Shown: piece by piece, positions 25,414 through 38,223 of the stretch
Layout: every line of letters starts with the position of its first letter
How positions within the stretch are numbered: the first letter of the stretch is position 1
Assembly: GCF_963921235.1 (NCBI RefSeq)
Contig: NC_086106.1
Location: 49,786,001-49,850,000 of the forward strand
DNA length: 64,000 nt
DNA from: Mobula hypostoma
Taxonomy: Eukaryota
Reading direction: 5' to 3'
Translations under genes and position numbers: made by a program
Notes under the pieces: model-generated
Told to the model about the DNA's origin: nothing
What the model saw: the letters and a program-made list of their open reading frames with translations, nothing else
Databases searched by the model: none

Positions 25414-27063
25414 CTATACACACTTTAAAAGGGAGAACACAATTACAGCTGTGAAGACCCCTGCTGCACCTAATGACACTGTGATCTCCGTCTCAGAGGC
25501 CGATGTTAGGCTGTCTTTAAAGAGAGTGAACCCTCGCAAGGGGGAAGGTCCCGATGGAGTACCTGGTATGGCTCTGAAAACCAGTGCCAACCAACTAGTG
25601 GGAGTATTCAAGGGCATTTTCAACTTCTCACTGCTACGGGTGGAAGTTCCCACTTGCTTCAAACAGGCAACAATTATACCAGTGCCTAAGAAGAAGAATG
25701 TGGGCTGCCTTAATGACTATCATCACTCACATCGACAGTGATGAAATGCTTTGAGAGGTTGGTTATGACTAGACTGAACTCCTGCCTCAGCAAGGACCTG
25801 GACCCATTGCAATTTGCCTATCACCACAATAGGTCAATGGTAGACGCAATCTCAATGGCTCTCCACACGGCTTTAGACCACCTAGACAACACATACACCT
25901 ACATCAGGGTGCTGTTCATCAAATATAGCTCAGCATTTAATACCTTCATTCCCACAATCCTAATTGAGATGTTGCAGAACTAGGGCCTATACCTCCCTCT
26001 GCAATTGGATCTTTGTCTTCCTTACTGGAGGACCATGATCTGTGCAGATTGGTGATAACATATCCTCCTTACTGACGATCAACTCTGGGGCACCTCTGGG
26101 GTGTGAGCTTAGCCCACTGCTCTCCTCTCTATATACACATGACTGTGTGGCTAGGCATAACTCAAGTACAATCTATAAATTTGCTGACGATACAGCCATT
26201 GTTGGTAGAATCTCAGGTGGTGACGAGGGGACGTACAGGAGTGAGATATGCCAACTAGTGGAGTGGTGCAGCAGCAACAATCTGGCACTCAATGTCAGTA
26301 AGATGAAAGAGCTGATTGTGGACTTCAGGAAGGGTAAGACGAAGAAACACCTACCAATCCTCATCAGAAGTGGAGAGAGTGAGTAGCTTCAAGTTCCTGG
26401 GTGTCATGATCTCTGAGGATCTAATCTGGTCCAAACATATCGATGTAGTTATAAAGAAGACATGACAGTGGCTATACTTTATTAGGAGTTTGAAGAGATT
26501 TGGCCTGTCAACAAATACACTCAAAAACTTCTATAGTTGTACCATGGAGAGCTTTCTGACAGGCTGCATCACTGTCTGGTATGGAGCGGCTACTGCACAG
26601 GACCGAAAGAAGCTGCAGAAGGTTGTAAATCTAGGCAGCTCCATCTTGGGTACTTACCTTCAAAGTACCCAGGACATCATTAGGGAGCAGTGCCTCAGAA
26701 AGACAGCGTCCATTATTAAGGACCTCCAGCATCCAGGACATACCCTTTTCTCACTGTTACCATCAGGTAGGAGGTACAGAAGCCTGAAGGCACACACTCA
26801 GAGATTCAGGAACAGCTTCTTCCCCTCTGCCATCCAATTCCTAAATGGACATTGAATCTCTGGACATTACCTCACTTTTTTTAATATACAGAATTTCTGT
26901 TTTTGCACAATTTTTAATCTATTGAATATACATAATTGATTTACTTGTTTATTTATTATTATTATTTTTCTCTGCTAGATTATGTATTGCATTGAACTAC
27001 TGCTGCTAAGTTAACAAATATCATGTCATATGCAGGTGATAATAAACCTGATTCTGATTCTGA
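25414..27063 (+). mobile_element. Rex1/Babar LINE inserted in CR1
   Basis: VNPRKGEGPDGVPG, DPLQFAY, KFADD; (attctg)n tail; ttactc/ttactt flanks as likely TSD. Confidence 0.92.
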
Positions 27064-28649
27064 TTACTTGCTGGAGTTTAGAAGAATGAGGGGGCATCTC
27101 ATTGACAACTATCGAATGTCGAAAGTCCTACATGGAGTGGATGTGGGGAGGATGTTTCCTACAGTGTGTGAGTCTTGGAGCACAGGGATGCCCATTCAGA
27201 ACAGGGTTGAGGAGCAATTTCTTTAGCAAGAAGGCGGTCAATCTGTGGAATTCATTGCCAAGGACAGCTGTGGAGGGCCATGTAGAGAGCATATTTAAAG
27301 TAGAGCTTGGTAAATTCTTGATTAATCAGGGTATCAAGGGTTATGGGAGAAGACAGGAGAATGAGATTGAGAGGGATAATAAATCAGCCATGATGGAATG
27401 GCAGAGCAGACACGAAGAGATGAATGGCCTGTTCTGCTCCTGTGACTTGTTTCCTGTTTGGCACCTTACGTAACCTTACGTACAACCTAGCATCACTTTA
27501 TGGACACATCATCATTCTAGCTATGTAAGCCATCTTGTGTATTTATATTTATTGTGTTTTTGTTATTACTGTGTTCTTTATCTTTTGTAGTGTTTTGTGT
27601 TCCATTGGATCTGGAGTAACAATTATTTTGTTCCTTTACACTTGCATACAGGCAATGAGGTTAAATAATCTTGAATCTTGAATCATAGTACAGCTGTATG
27701 TTAATTTTATGTGTAATTTCACAAAAAAACATTAGCCATAAATTTGAAATAAATTTTCCCTTGAGCATACATGGTGCCTTCTTGAGCTAGCCCCATTCGC
27801 CTGCACTTGGTCCATATTCTCCTAAACATTTCCCACTTCTCCAATTGCCTTTTGAAAGTTATGATTTTTTCCCATTTCTATCATTTCCTTTGGCGTTGCA
27901 TTCCAAGTACCCACTAACTTAAAAATCATTTATTTTTACTGCTTCTCAATTGTATAATATTTTCACATTTGGCTTTATCTAAGCCAGTTACCCGGAATTA
28001 TGCCCTTGATTTCTCAACACCCTTACCTTCTTGTCTCGATGCAAAGACTGTCCAGTGGTGTGGTCAGAGCAGCGCATGAGTTCCAGATGTGCACTACAGA
28101 ACCCTCCCATCCCTGAAATACACGTGAAAGCCTCGACCAAGATCTCACAAGATGGGATTAAACTATCACACAACATATTAATTATGTAAGTGAATGTAAG
28201 AGAAAAACCATACCTGAGGTTTCATACTCACTGGAGCTTTGCAACCCTGAAACCTTATAATTTGTTCATGAGACTTATTACCTCTATTCTTCCATTAATG
28301 TTCATCGTAGTTCAGAACAATTTAAGCTTAACTTATAACTTCTGGCACATTGGTCTTAGTGCCAGAATTTTATACCAGCGAGTTAGTAAATTACTTCATT
28401 GTCAATGCTGAAGACAACGAGATAGCAGTGCTCCTCCACTCAGTGTAAAACAGCATACTGGCAATTCAATTACTACAAACACAACGACTAAATTTCAACT
28501 AACATCGGAGTTATTTAGAGTGACATCCGAGTTACAGCTGAATTAGAAACAAGCTGCTCTAAAATTACAAGAAAAAGTGGCTGCCTCATTCAAGTATTGC
28601 ACTTGTCTGTGTTATAAAATACAACGCTTAAATGTAAAGTAGCATCAGG

Positions 28650-29410
28650 AATTATGGCCATGTATTGCACTTAGAGGCTGTCCATTGTACCTATGGACTA
28701 TGGGTGGGAGGGGGTCATTGTTCAGTTGCAGGACAGCCCTGGGGAAAAAGCTGCTTTTTTGTCTGAATGTCTGTGCAGAGATGGTTCTGTATCACCTGCC
28801 AGATGGTAGGAGATTGAACAGGTGGTCACTGGGGTGGGTAAAACCCATTATGATTTTGCAAGCCCGCAGTCGTGGATGGTTTCTCTATCTGGTAGTTGTG
28901 TCCCAGTGATGTTCTGTGAATTCTTGATCACTCATCAAAGTACTTTCTGGTTGATCTTGTTGATGCCATACTGTAACAACCAGAATGTTCGCAATTACAC
29001 AAGATGAAGGTTTGCCAGCAGGTTTTGGGGCAGATTTGCTCTCTTTAAATTCCTAAGGTAGGATACATGCTGCTGAGCGTTTCCTACTATCAGGGAGGTG
29101 TCGGTGGTCCAAGGGAGCTCCTCTGTGATGCCCTTAAAGAACTTAAATTTGGAGACCCATTCTGCTGCTTCACTCTTTATCAGCAGTGGAGTTAGTTCTT
29201 TCTTCTTGATTTCCGAAATCGATAATCATTTCTTTGGTTTTTTTATGTTGATTGAAAGATTATGGTTACTGCACCATTCAGACAGTTTCTGCCCCTTCTT
29301 TCTGTATGCTGCTTTGTTGTTATTTGTAATCAACCCAATCACTGTGGTGGGTCATCTACAAATTTAATGATGGAGTTGGTGGCATAAGCAGGAGCACAGT
29401 CATGGGTGCA
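28650..29410 (-). mobile_element. old Rex1/Babar-like LINE fragment
   Basis: Reverse strand KF.DD.TVIGLI..W..NNL.INI.KTKEMIIDF. Confidence 0.7.
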
Positions 29411-30026
29411 AAGCGGTGGTTTCGATAGTAGTTGTGTGAAAAGTGTGAGAGCTTGCAATTTTAAAGATATTAACTTTGAACATCCACAGCAACTGTAGAA
29501 AAGGATTCCCTGAATAGTTCATAAAAAAAAACAGAAGAAACTGAAAACTGTCACGATGTCAGGGAGCAACCATGGAGAAACAGAAGTCAGGCACTTAGAG
29601 CTAAGATCTTTGCTCAAAATTGGAAGTGTCACAGCTTTCTAATTGAAAAGACTTGATGAAAACACACTTATTCAGAAGAGGCTGAGAGCTGCCAAGATGA
29701 TGACCAAAGAAATTGATCAATTCTTTGACTCGGTCCTGCAGTTTCACTCTGTTTTCTTTCTGGACCTTTCAAAGGGGAAGCGTATTCTTTAAAATTCCTT
29801 TGGATAATTTAGTTCCCTCTCAAATTATGGTTATCTTATTTTGAAGGATAAAAACATGGGCCACAGCAATTACCATTTTTGTGATCTAAACTTGAAGTAT
29901 ATGAATACATTGATGCCTTCTGGTATAATTAAGGTAACAAATCGTTCCTTCAGCTGAAACTGCAGGAGGCCGGCTTTCCGCTCTCCTGAACAGAAGCTCT
30001 AAAAAGGCATATTTGTTTTTCTACAG

Positions 30027-30075
30027 GTATGCAAGTGCTGGCATTGATAGACAAGGCACCACAACAATGAGGAAG
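30027..30075 (+). CDS. candidate upstream exon of the CNKSR-family gene (YASAGIDRQGTTTMRK); may extend 5' to 29954
   Basis: Strong acceptor tttgtttttctacAG and donor AAG|GTGAGG; ends in phase 0, compatible with exon 49038; no homology recognised. Confidence 0.4.
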
Positions 30076-30695
30076 GTGAGGCTTATGAAAACTGTTCTCT
30101 GTATATCATTCATGAAAATTTTAGTCATTGAAATATATCTGTACATGTCACAACGTCTGTTTTTATCACTCATAGAATAATAAAAGTGCAAAGTACACTT
30201 TAGTATTTTTTTGCCACTTGAACAAAATTTTATCAAAACATTAAATGGAAAAAAATCAAAAAATATTAACAAAATTCCATCAAGTTGATAGATTAATTAA
30301 ATTCTTTAAATCTGATTTAAGAAATGCAAAAGAGCACTTAAAAAGGAAATCTGGAGGGCTAAAAGAAGGCATGAATTTGTTCTGACAGACAAGGTGATGG
30401 GATGCTCCTGATATGTTAAGAGCAAAAGGATAGTAAGGAACAAAACTGGACCACCTGAAAGCCTGCATGGTCAGATATGCAGGAACCAAAAGAGATAGGG
30501 GAGATCTTAAATGAACTTTCTGCGTATGTATTTACTCAGGAGATGGACACAGGGTCTATGCAACTGAGGCAAAACAGTAGTGGGGTCATGGAACAAGGTG
30601 GGAGGCTCGTACAGAAGTTGCAGGGGCCCTGACAAAGGTATTTAAAACAATATTACTCATGGGCGAGGTGCCAGAGAACCGGAGGATAGCTAATC

Positions 30696-31095
30696 ACAAA
30701 CAAGAGAAAGCCTGCAGACGCTGGAAATCCAAGCAACGCACACAAGATGCAGGAGGAACTCAGCAGGCCAGGCAGCATCTATGGCAAAGAGTAAACAATT
30801 GATGTTTCAGGGCTGAGACCCTTCATCAGGACGGGAGATAAAAGATGAGAAGTCAGAGTCAGAATGTGCGGGGAGGGGAGGAAGGAATACAGGGTAGTAG
30901 GTTATAGGTGAAACCGGGAGGTGGGGGGGGGGGAGGTGGTGAAGTAAAGAGCTGGGAAGTCAACTGGTGAAAGAGGTAAAGACCTGGAGAGGGTGGGATC
31001 AGATAGGAGAGTTCAGAAGGCCAGGGAAGAAAGGGAAAGGGGAGGAGCACCAGAGGGGGGTGATGGGCAGATATGGAGATAAGCTGAGAGAGTGT
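30696..31095 (-). mobile_element. Penelope 3' end/pLTR fragment with hammerhead-like motif (30797-30832)
   Basis: Homologous to 9781-10100; reverse strand gtc-ctgatga-agggtctcagccct-gaaa-catc. Confidence 0.8.
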
Positions 31096-32149
31096 CCGAT
31101 TTCCTTCTCTCAGGGCCTGATCATGGATAGTCAACATGGATTTGTGTGTGGTAGATCATGTTCATAGAATTTTTTGAGGAGGTTACCAGGAAAGTTGAAG
31201 AAGGAAAGGCAGTGGACATTGTCTACATGGACTTTAGGAAGACTTTTGAGAAATTTCAGAATGGACGCTGGTCAAGAAGGTTTTAGTTGCTTAGGAATCA
31301 GGATGGGGTAGTAAACTGGATTCAACAGTGGCTTTGCAGGAGAACCCAGAGAGCAGTAGTAGAGGGTTCTTTCTCTGACTGGAGGTCTGTGACTAGTGGT
31401 GTGCTGCAGGGATTGAAACTTGGTCCGTTGTTATTTTCCATCTGTATCAGTGATCTGGATGATAATGCAGTAAACTGGATCAGCAAATTTTCGGATAACA
31501 CCAAGATTCGAGGCATAGCAAGCATTGAGTAAAACTATCACAACTTCCAGCAGGATGTGGACCAGCTAGAAAAGAGGGCTGAAGAATGGTGGGTGGAATT
31601 AGTGTAGAGAAGTGTGAGGTTTTGCAATTTGGGAAGATAACCCAAGTAAGATTTACACAGTGATCGGGTCGGTAGGGCACTGAGGGTTGCAATGGAACAG
31701 AGGAATCTGGGAATACAGATGCATAATCATTGAAAGTGGCTTCTTAGGTAGACAGGGTTGTTGAGAGAACTTTTGGCACATTGGTTTTCATAAATCAAAA
31801 TATTGAGTACAGGATTTTGGATGTTATGTTGAAGTTGTATCAGACATTGCTGAGATCAAATTTGGAGTATTATGTGCAATTCTGGTCACCAACCTACAGG
31901 AAAGATATCAATAAGATTAAAAGAATACAGAGAAAATTTGCAAGGATGGTGTCAGAACTTGAGGACCTGAGCTTTAGGGAAAAGTTGACTAAAAGTTAGG
32001 ATGTTATTCCCTCGAGTGTAGGAGAACGAGAGGAGATTTGATAGAAGTATACAGAATTATGACAGCTATAGATAGGGTAAATGCAAGCATTTTTCCACTG
32101 AGACTAGAACTAGAAGTCACAAGTTAAGAGTGAAAGGTGAAATACCGTA

Positions 32150-32445
32150 GGGTGTCACAGTAGTGTGGCAGTTAGCGCAAGGCTGTTACAGCTCAGGGCA
32201 TCAGAGATTGGAGTTTAATCCTGGCATCTTCTGCAAGGAGTTCCTACGTCCTCCTCATGGAATGTGTGGGTTCCCTCTGTGTGCTCCAGTTTCCTCCCAG
32301 AGTCTAAAGATTTACCGGTTAGTAAGCTAATGGGGCATTGTAAATTGTCCAGTGATTAGGCGAGGGTTAAGTCTGGGTTTGTTGGTGGCACAGCTCGAAG
32401 GGCCAGAAGGGCCAGTTCCATGCTGTATCTCTAAATAAATAAATA
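32150..32445 (+). mobile_element. V-SINE (HE1-like) inserted in CR1
   Basis: V-domain; (aaat)n tail; aaata on both flanks. Confidence 0.8.
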
Positions 32446-34919
32446 TTTAAAGGGAATGTGAGTGGGAACTTCTTCACTCAAAGGGTGGCTGAGAACATGG
32501 AATGAGCTGCCAGCAGAAATGATGGATGCTGGTTTGATTTCAACAATTAAGAGATGTTTGGATAAGTACATGGATGGGAGGGATTTTGAGGGCTATGGAG
32601 AAGGTGCAGGTCAATAGGACGAGGCAGAATAACAGTTCAGGACGAACTGGATGGGGCGAAGGGCCTGTTTCTGTGCTGTGGTGCTCTATGGTTATGACCC
32701 TCTTTTCAAAGGACATAATTGACACTTTAAAAGTAACTGTGATTACACATTGGGAGGTTAATTATCATTTGGTGCTTTTCGCTACCTGGACTCTAAGAGC
32801 TGGGTTTTGTGCCTTTTCATGGCTTTCCAAAAAGTGAGATCTGAATCAGTGAAAAGTCTTTGCTTCAGTGCAACTTGAAAGTGCAAGTTTACTATCCCTA
32901 GTACTTTGGTTTATAAATTATGGCTAAATATCCTGTGTAATGGAAATCTTCTGTAGCAGTATAATTTTGTTATAAATGGTGCATTCATCTCTGCATTTAT
33001 GGGCTTTGTCACCTTTTCTGGTGTCACATTGCTAATTTAGATGTATTGAAATGCAGAGCTTTTGCATGCAGTGAACTTGAGTAACGGCTGAAGTGTCACT
33101 CTTGATCATGGGTGAACCCAAGCTTAATGTTGAATCCCTTCAGGCAGCTCTGCATCGGACCATTCAGATACTTGATGGTTGCAGGTAAAGGGTGAGGTGC
33201 TTTTTCTGAGGTTTAGCCGCTAAGGTACACGTTCCATGGCAGCCGTGCATTTCTATAGCATTCCCATGGCATTGGCTGTTATGTCTGCATGTGCTGTGGG
33301 CTTCAGGACAGTATGAAAATACTGCCCCTGGGAGAAACCCTACCCCCAGTGTTTTACCACATTCTCTTTAGATTTCCCAGATGGACAGTGCATTCAAGTT
33401 CTCCAAGGTTTTCTTCACTGAGATATGTGTCTTCTTGCCATGGCCTATGGCTATGGTCTTGTGCCTACACTGCTCTCTCCATGGAGATCAATTCCACATT
33501 GGCTCTGAATTTCCTTCCCACATGATCTTTCCAAGCAATCACAGCAATTTTCTGCCATGGCTCATAATATGAAGTCCAATACTACCAGAGCTCTTCAAAT
33601 AAGCTGTTCATGAGAAAGTGATTTCATTTGATTTGATCCCACTGAGGAACTGGGCACCAAGATTTGCCTGCTTTTCTGGCATCACAAGCACAGACAGAAA
33701 TTGATAGAACTCAGGGCCCCAAAAAGGATTCCTTTCAATAATCCAGACCTTTCCATAACAAAAATTCACTCTCTCCCTCTGTCTGTAATTTGACATGGAC
33801 CATGAGAAGAATTCTGTCAAGGTGAGCGCCATGTTTCCACGAAGCATATTGACCCCTCTGCCCTCTAGAGTTTGCATCGCTGAACACCAAGTGGTGACCT
33901 TGAGAAGAAGGGGTGGGTCCTGGGGCAAAAGTCTCATCATCTTCTTCTTTGCAGCATATTCCACAATGGCAGCTGCAGAGCATCAATCCAAGAACAGGAT
34001 ATGTACGAGAATGGTGGAGGAAAAGTCCCAGGTCTTCAACGGAAGAGCTTACTGTACATTGTCTTATTCAATCCGAACTAAGCATTTGTGGAAATTTCGG
34101 CATCCGCTGTTTCATGCCGCCCATGAGCGTAAGGCCCATAAAGCAAAGCTTGAGGCAAAGCAAGAACAAGATAATCGTATTCAGATATGATTTATATATC
34201 ACACGTACATCAAAACAGATCCTGAAATGTGTTGTTTATGTTAACCAACAGATCTAGGATGTGGTGGGGGCAGCCTGCAAATGTCACCACACATTCCAGC
34301 ACCAACAAGGCATGCCTACAATGCTCACAAACAACAAAACACCAGCAACACAAACCCCTTCCTTCCCTCGCTCCCTCCCACTCACACCCACACATGGACA
34401 AACCTCCAATCCTAGGACAGGCTTCTAATCTCTTGTCTCTAGGATTCAACCATTGGGCTTTGGCTTCTAGACTTCTGATCGACCTTTGGACTCCAGTTCT
34501 TGATACCAGCACCAGGCTATCCAATCACGAAACCTCAAACTTCAGGCTCAAACTCCAGGTGTGCTGACTGACCAACCCTCATGTCTTCTTGTGCCTCCTG
34601 CTCACCCCTGATCCCAGGAACCACCGACCCGGGAGAGCCCAACACCATGGATATACTTCGGCAACCATCCACATTCCTGGTCTTTAAACATAGAGTGAAG
34701 GCATAGACTCCAGATGCCCTTTGGCTCACGTCCACATTACTGGCATGGAATCAAGCATCTGTTGTTATCCATCCACACTGTCTGATCTCTGTCTCCTCCA
34801 CATCCCTGTCTGAGTCACAATCTCAATGGAGACTACAACTCAGTGCTATTTTGACAAGGCAGAAAGTTTTAAAAAACATGTCAAGGATACGAAGATAGCA
34901 ACCAGATTGTGTTTCCAGT

Positions 34920-35830
34920 AGGATCTATAGTCTTTTCTCCCAGCTCAGCAGAAGAGAGTAACACAGCTCTTTATGATACAAGACACTCACTGATAGAAAA
35001 CTGCTTCATTATTAATTGAGTTAATTGATGGATTCTCCACAATCTAATTGTAAATTTCTGGTACTTTTTTTTGCTGGCAGTTTGATGTTTATCTTTAGAA
35101 GCTTTCTTTATGATGCAAAGCTCTGGGGTTGAACACCTAATGGGATTTTTCTTTTTTCCCACTTTTCTTGCTTAGTAGGGTTTTTTTTAATCACAAAATT
35201 TTTTTCAATCTTTATATAATGTTTTTTTTCTTGAGACGTTGTAAGTGTTGTTTACTTCGATGTACTCATGTTTATTTTGGAAAAAAATAATAAAAAGATC
35301 TGAAAAGAAAGAGAGAAAGCTGCTTCTCTGAAGGAACCTAGAAAATCCTGCACTCCAAGGCAAGTCAAGTGGCTTGCGACACACCTCACCACCAATGTAT
35401 GACACCAAAAAAAAGATAAAGGAGTCCAGAAAATGTGTAAAAATCTCTCCATCATGCCTACAGCTTAACTTGCTCTTCCACACAATGGAGTTATTCTTCC
35501 CCAATTACTATAATGGTTTCCAACAGCATTTCTGTATTTCTAGATGAAATGCCACCTCATTTAAAGAACTCAGACACCTCCTGATCATGATCTCCCTTCT
35601 ATAGGTGGGAAGAGAGGTGCATATCTTGCGAGAAAGTAATATTTCTTTCCGCATTGTGCAGGTGGTCTTAATCCTGGAGGAAATGACCATGAGCACTTCC
35701 AATTGGACTCTTCTTCTGGTGAGTCTTGCAAGCCTCCTGGTCCCTGAAGCACTCAGGATCCCCTTCTTGTCATGTAGCTCACTGCTCATTGATTTGGACT
35801 CATAGATGGTTATAAGTAAAGTGGAGGGCC
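34920..35830. mobile_element. L1/Tx1-like 3' remnants (+ A-rich tail to ~35320; - ORF2 C-terminus ~35400-35830)
   Basis: aataaaaagatctgaaaagaaag tail; ERFLHIFWTPL-type C-terminus on the reverse strand. Confidence 0.45.
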
Positions 35831-35871
35831 TGTTTCCCTCTCCACCCAGCCTCTATCCTCAATGATTTTCC

Positions 35872-36755
35872 AATAGTTCAATAGTTCCATTTAATATTGG
35901 AGTATGTATACAATATACAACCTGAAATTCTTGCTCCTCACAGGCATCCATGAAATCAGCAGTGGTCCAAAGAATGAGTGACAGTAAAAACATTAGAACC
36001 CCAAAGCCCCCTTACTTCCCCTCCACCCACACACAAGCAGCAACGAAGCATCAACACTCCCCCTCCCCCACTTGCTTCAGTAAACACCTTTCACCCTCCA
36101 CCCACATAGCAAGCAATAGCAAAGCCCCCAGGAGAGATCATGATCTGCAGTACAGGAAAAACTAATCGTTTACCGGATCAGTTTGACATGCCCACAGGCT
36201 CTCTCTTGCCTTAACAAAGGGGCAAAGAGGTGTCACACAATGAGAGGGGAGACCAACAAAAACAAAACAACTCATTGATTTACAGTGTTAAAGTCTGCCA
36301 CGTTGCTTTTTTTGAGTTCTCTGACTTGAGATTCGGCAGCAAACCTACCCCACCAATAAGAGAAAGAGCGAGAGAGAGCAGTTCACTGAGTACAGAGACC
36401 TGCGGCAGCTGTCCCGCTGTTCCTGATATCCCATTTTCTCCAGCAACGCTTCAGTTGGTGACACCAACATAAAATCAGCTCATCCACAGCGTCCAAAGCC
36501 TTGGAGCCGCGTGGGCATGCTTGTCTTTTAGGCTGCACCTTTGGGATATCAATAAACGGCCGGATGGTGAAACCTTGGAGCAAGAACCTTCACTGTGAGG
36601 AACGGCAGTTTGAGTGCAGTGCAGGTCAATGTAAGACCCATCCACATTGAAAAGGAAAAAGAGAGACATTAAAGGTAGAAATTAAGCTGTTTCTGCGGAT
36701 GAGCTTGAAAAAGCTGCCCTCTAGCGCCATCGTAGCTCTGTCCATTTGACTCCAC
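35872..36755 (-). mobile_element. non-coding interspersed repeat, related to 47600-48112
   Basis: Shared ccaaagaatgartgacagtaaaa..agaaccc..aaag..cccctc..cagcagc block. Confidence 0.65.
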
Positions 36756-38160
36756 CAAAGTCTGTATTTTCCAGACTGTCCACATTGCTGGTCTGAAGCA
36801 TCCAGTGGCCTGAGCAGCAGCAGAGGTTCCAGCCTTTAAGGATCATGAGACCTTCCTGATTTTTGCACAGCAGCATAGTGAGAGTCGCACTGGGAACTCA
36901 CATCCTATTCCAGCACTTGTTTCTGGCTGTAAACCACAAACTCCATTTCACTTTTATATTTTACACAACTTCATAAGTTTTGCAGGGATAAAATTAAGTA
37001 CAAAGATGATTTTATCCACCAAAAGGAGGTGCAATCCAATTGCTAGTTATAGACAAACTGTCATGAGATATATGATGTATCATGAATAGCGATGTTGTTA
37101 GACTCAGACTGTAGCAAACTCAATAAGTGCAAACCAGTGCACATTGATCATCATCTGAATTCTACATTTCCTTATTTACAATGTCAAGTTCACTCGAATA
37201 CCTCTTAATATTTGCTACATGCATTCCTGTCTCCTTTCAAAAATTGTTATCCTTTCATGAGAACTTGCTTAGATAATAAAGTGTAATTAGAGATACATTT
37301 AATTGAATGTTTATATATTGAATGAACAAAACAAGTAGCAATAATTGTACATTGCCACACTTCTATTAACTCAACAAATCAAGACAAAGCCTAAGTTATT
37401 TTGTTACCAAACATCTTAACAAAGGTCGATGCTGCCTAACCTGCTGAGTTTCTCCAGTGTTTTGAGAGTAGCTCTTTGACTAACCACGTTTCAAGACAAG
37501 TTGAAATTAAAGTTCAATTCAGATTCAAGTTTATTATCATCTGACTGCACATATATACAAACAAATGAAACAATGTTCCTCCGGACCACGGTACACCCAC
37601 AAAAATGACTTCATACAGCCCATAAAACTAAATTATACCACAAATAAGTTAATCAAATGTAATATAATTCAAAGTGCATGTACAGTAGGGTGCAGCATAA
37701 ATAAACAGTAAATAGTAAACAGCTCACTGTGCTTGTGGCGAGTTTCTTACCAGTTACCTAGTTTCGTTCTCTATGAGGGTCTTGGTAGGGACAAAGTAAA
37801 TCATCGATCAGGGTGATCATAAATAAAATTCTTCCTGAAACTGATAATCTTGTCATTATCTGTGTAATATCCATAAGAAACAGACCAATGAACGTGAAAG
37901 ATTCAAGGAACACTCACTCTTTATCATTTTGATGGTACATGATAACTGACTCATTTTTTAAGCCCCTGCCGAAAAATGGCAGGGTATGTAACGAAAGAAA
38001 GGGGAGTCCAGTTCCGTTTTCTTCTCACGATATCACTTTTCAATTTGGCCCTGTCTTCAGGAAGGAAGCAGTCTTCTGTTTTAAATGCACAGATCAGGTC
38101 TGAGACCTCGTCTGATTAACTGTGCCAAGACCTCCCGCTGACCACATCAAGGCTTTCTGC

Positions 38161-38223
38161 CAGTCACAGCATGACCTCCTGTCAATCACAGCATGGCTTC
38201 CTGTCAATCACAGCATGACCTTC
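38161..38223. repeat. 22-bp tandem repeat, ~3 copies (caatcacagcatgrcytcctgt)
   Basis: Directly visible. Confidence 0.9.

Larger units (their letters stand above)
21690..27450 (+). mobile_element. degraded CR1 LINE with RT-internal deletion, hosting Tc1-like and Rex1 insertions
   Basis: SSCEMW..DDYICRKC..LELELD (ORF1); NYKPVSL, QQGFLRGKSCL; CR1 resumes at ~27064. Confidence 0.88.
30310..32697 (+). mobile_element. CR1 LINE ORF2 3' half with Penelope and SINE insertions
   Basis: QHGFVCGRSC, VTSGVLQG..LGPLLF, LEYYVQFWSP. Confidence 0.88.

Noticed and set aside
33144-33184. 41-bp AG..GT candidate exon
   Set aside because: The only frame ending in phase with exon 49038 contains a stop; no homology.
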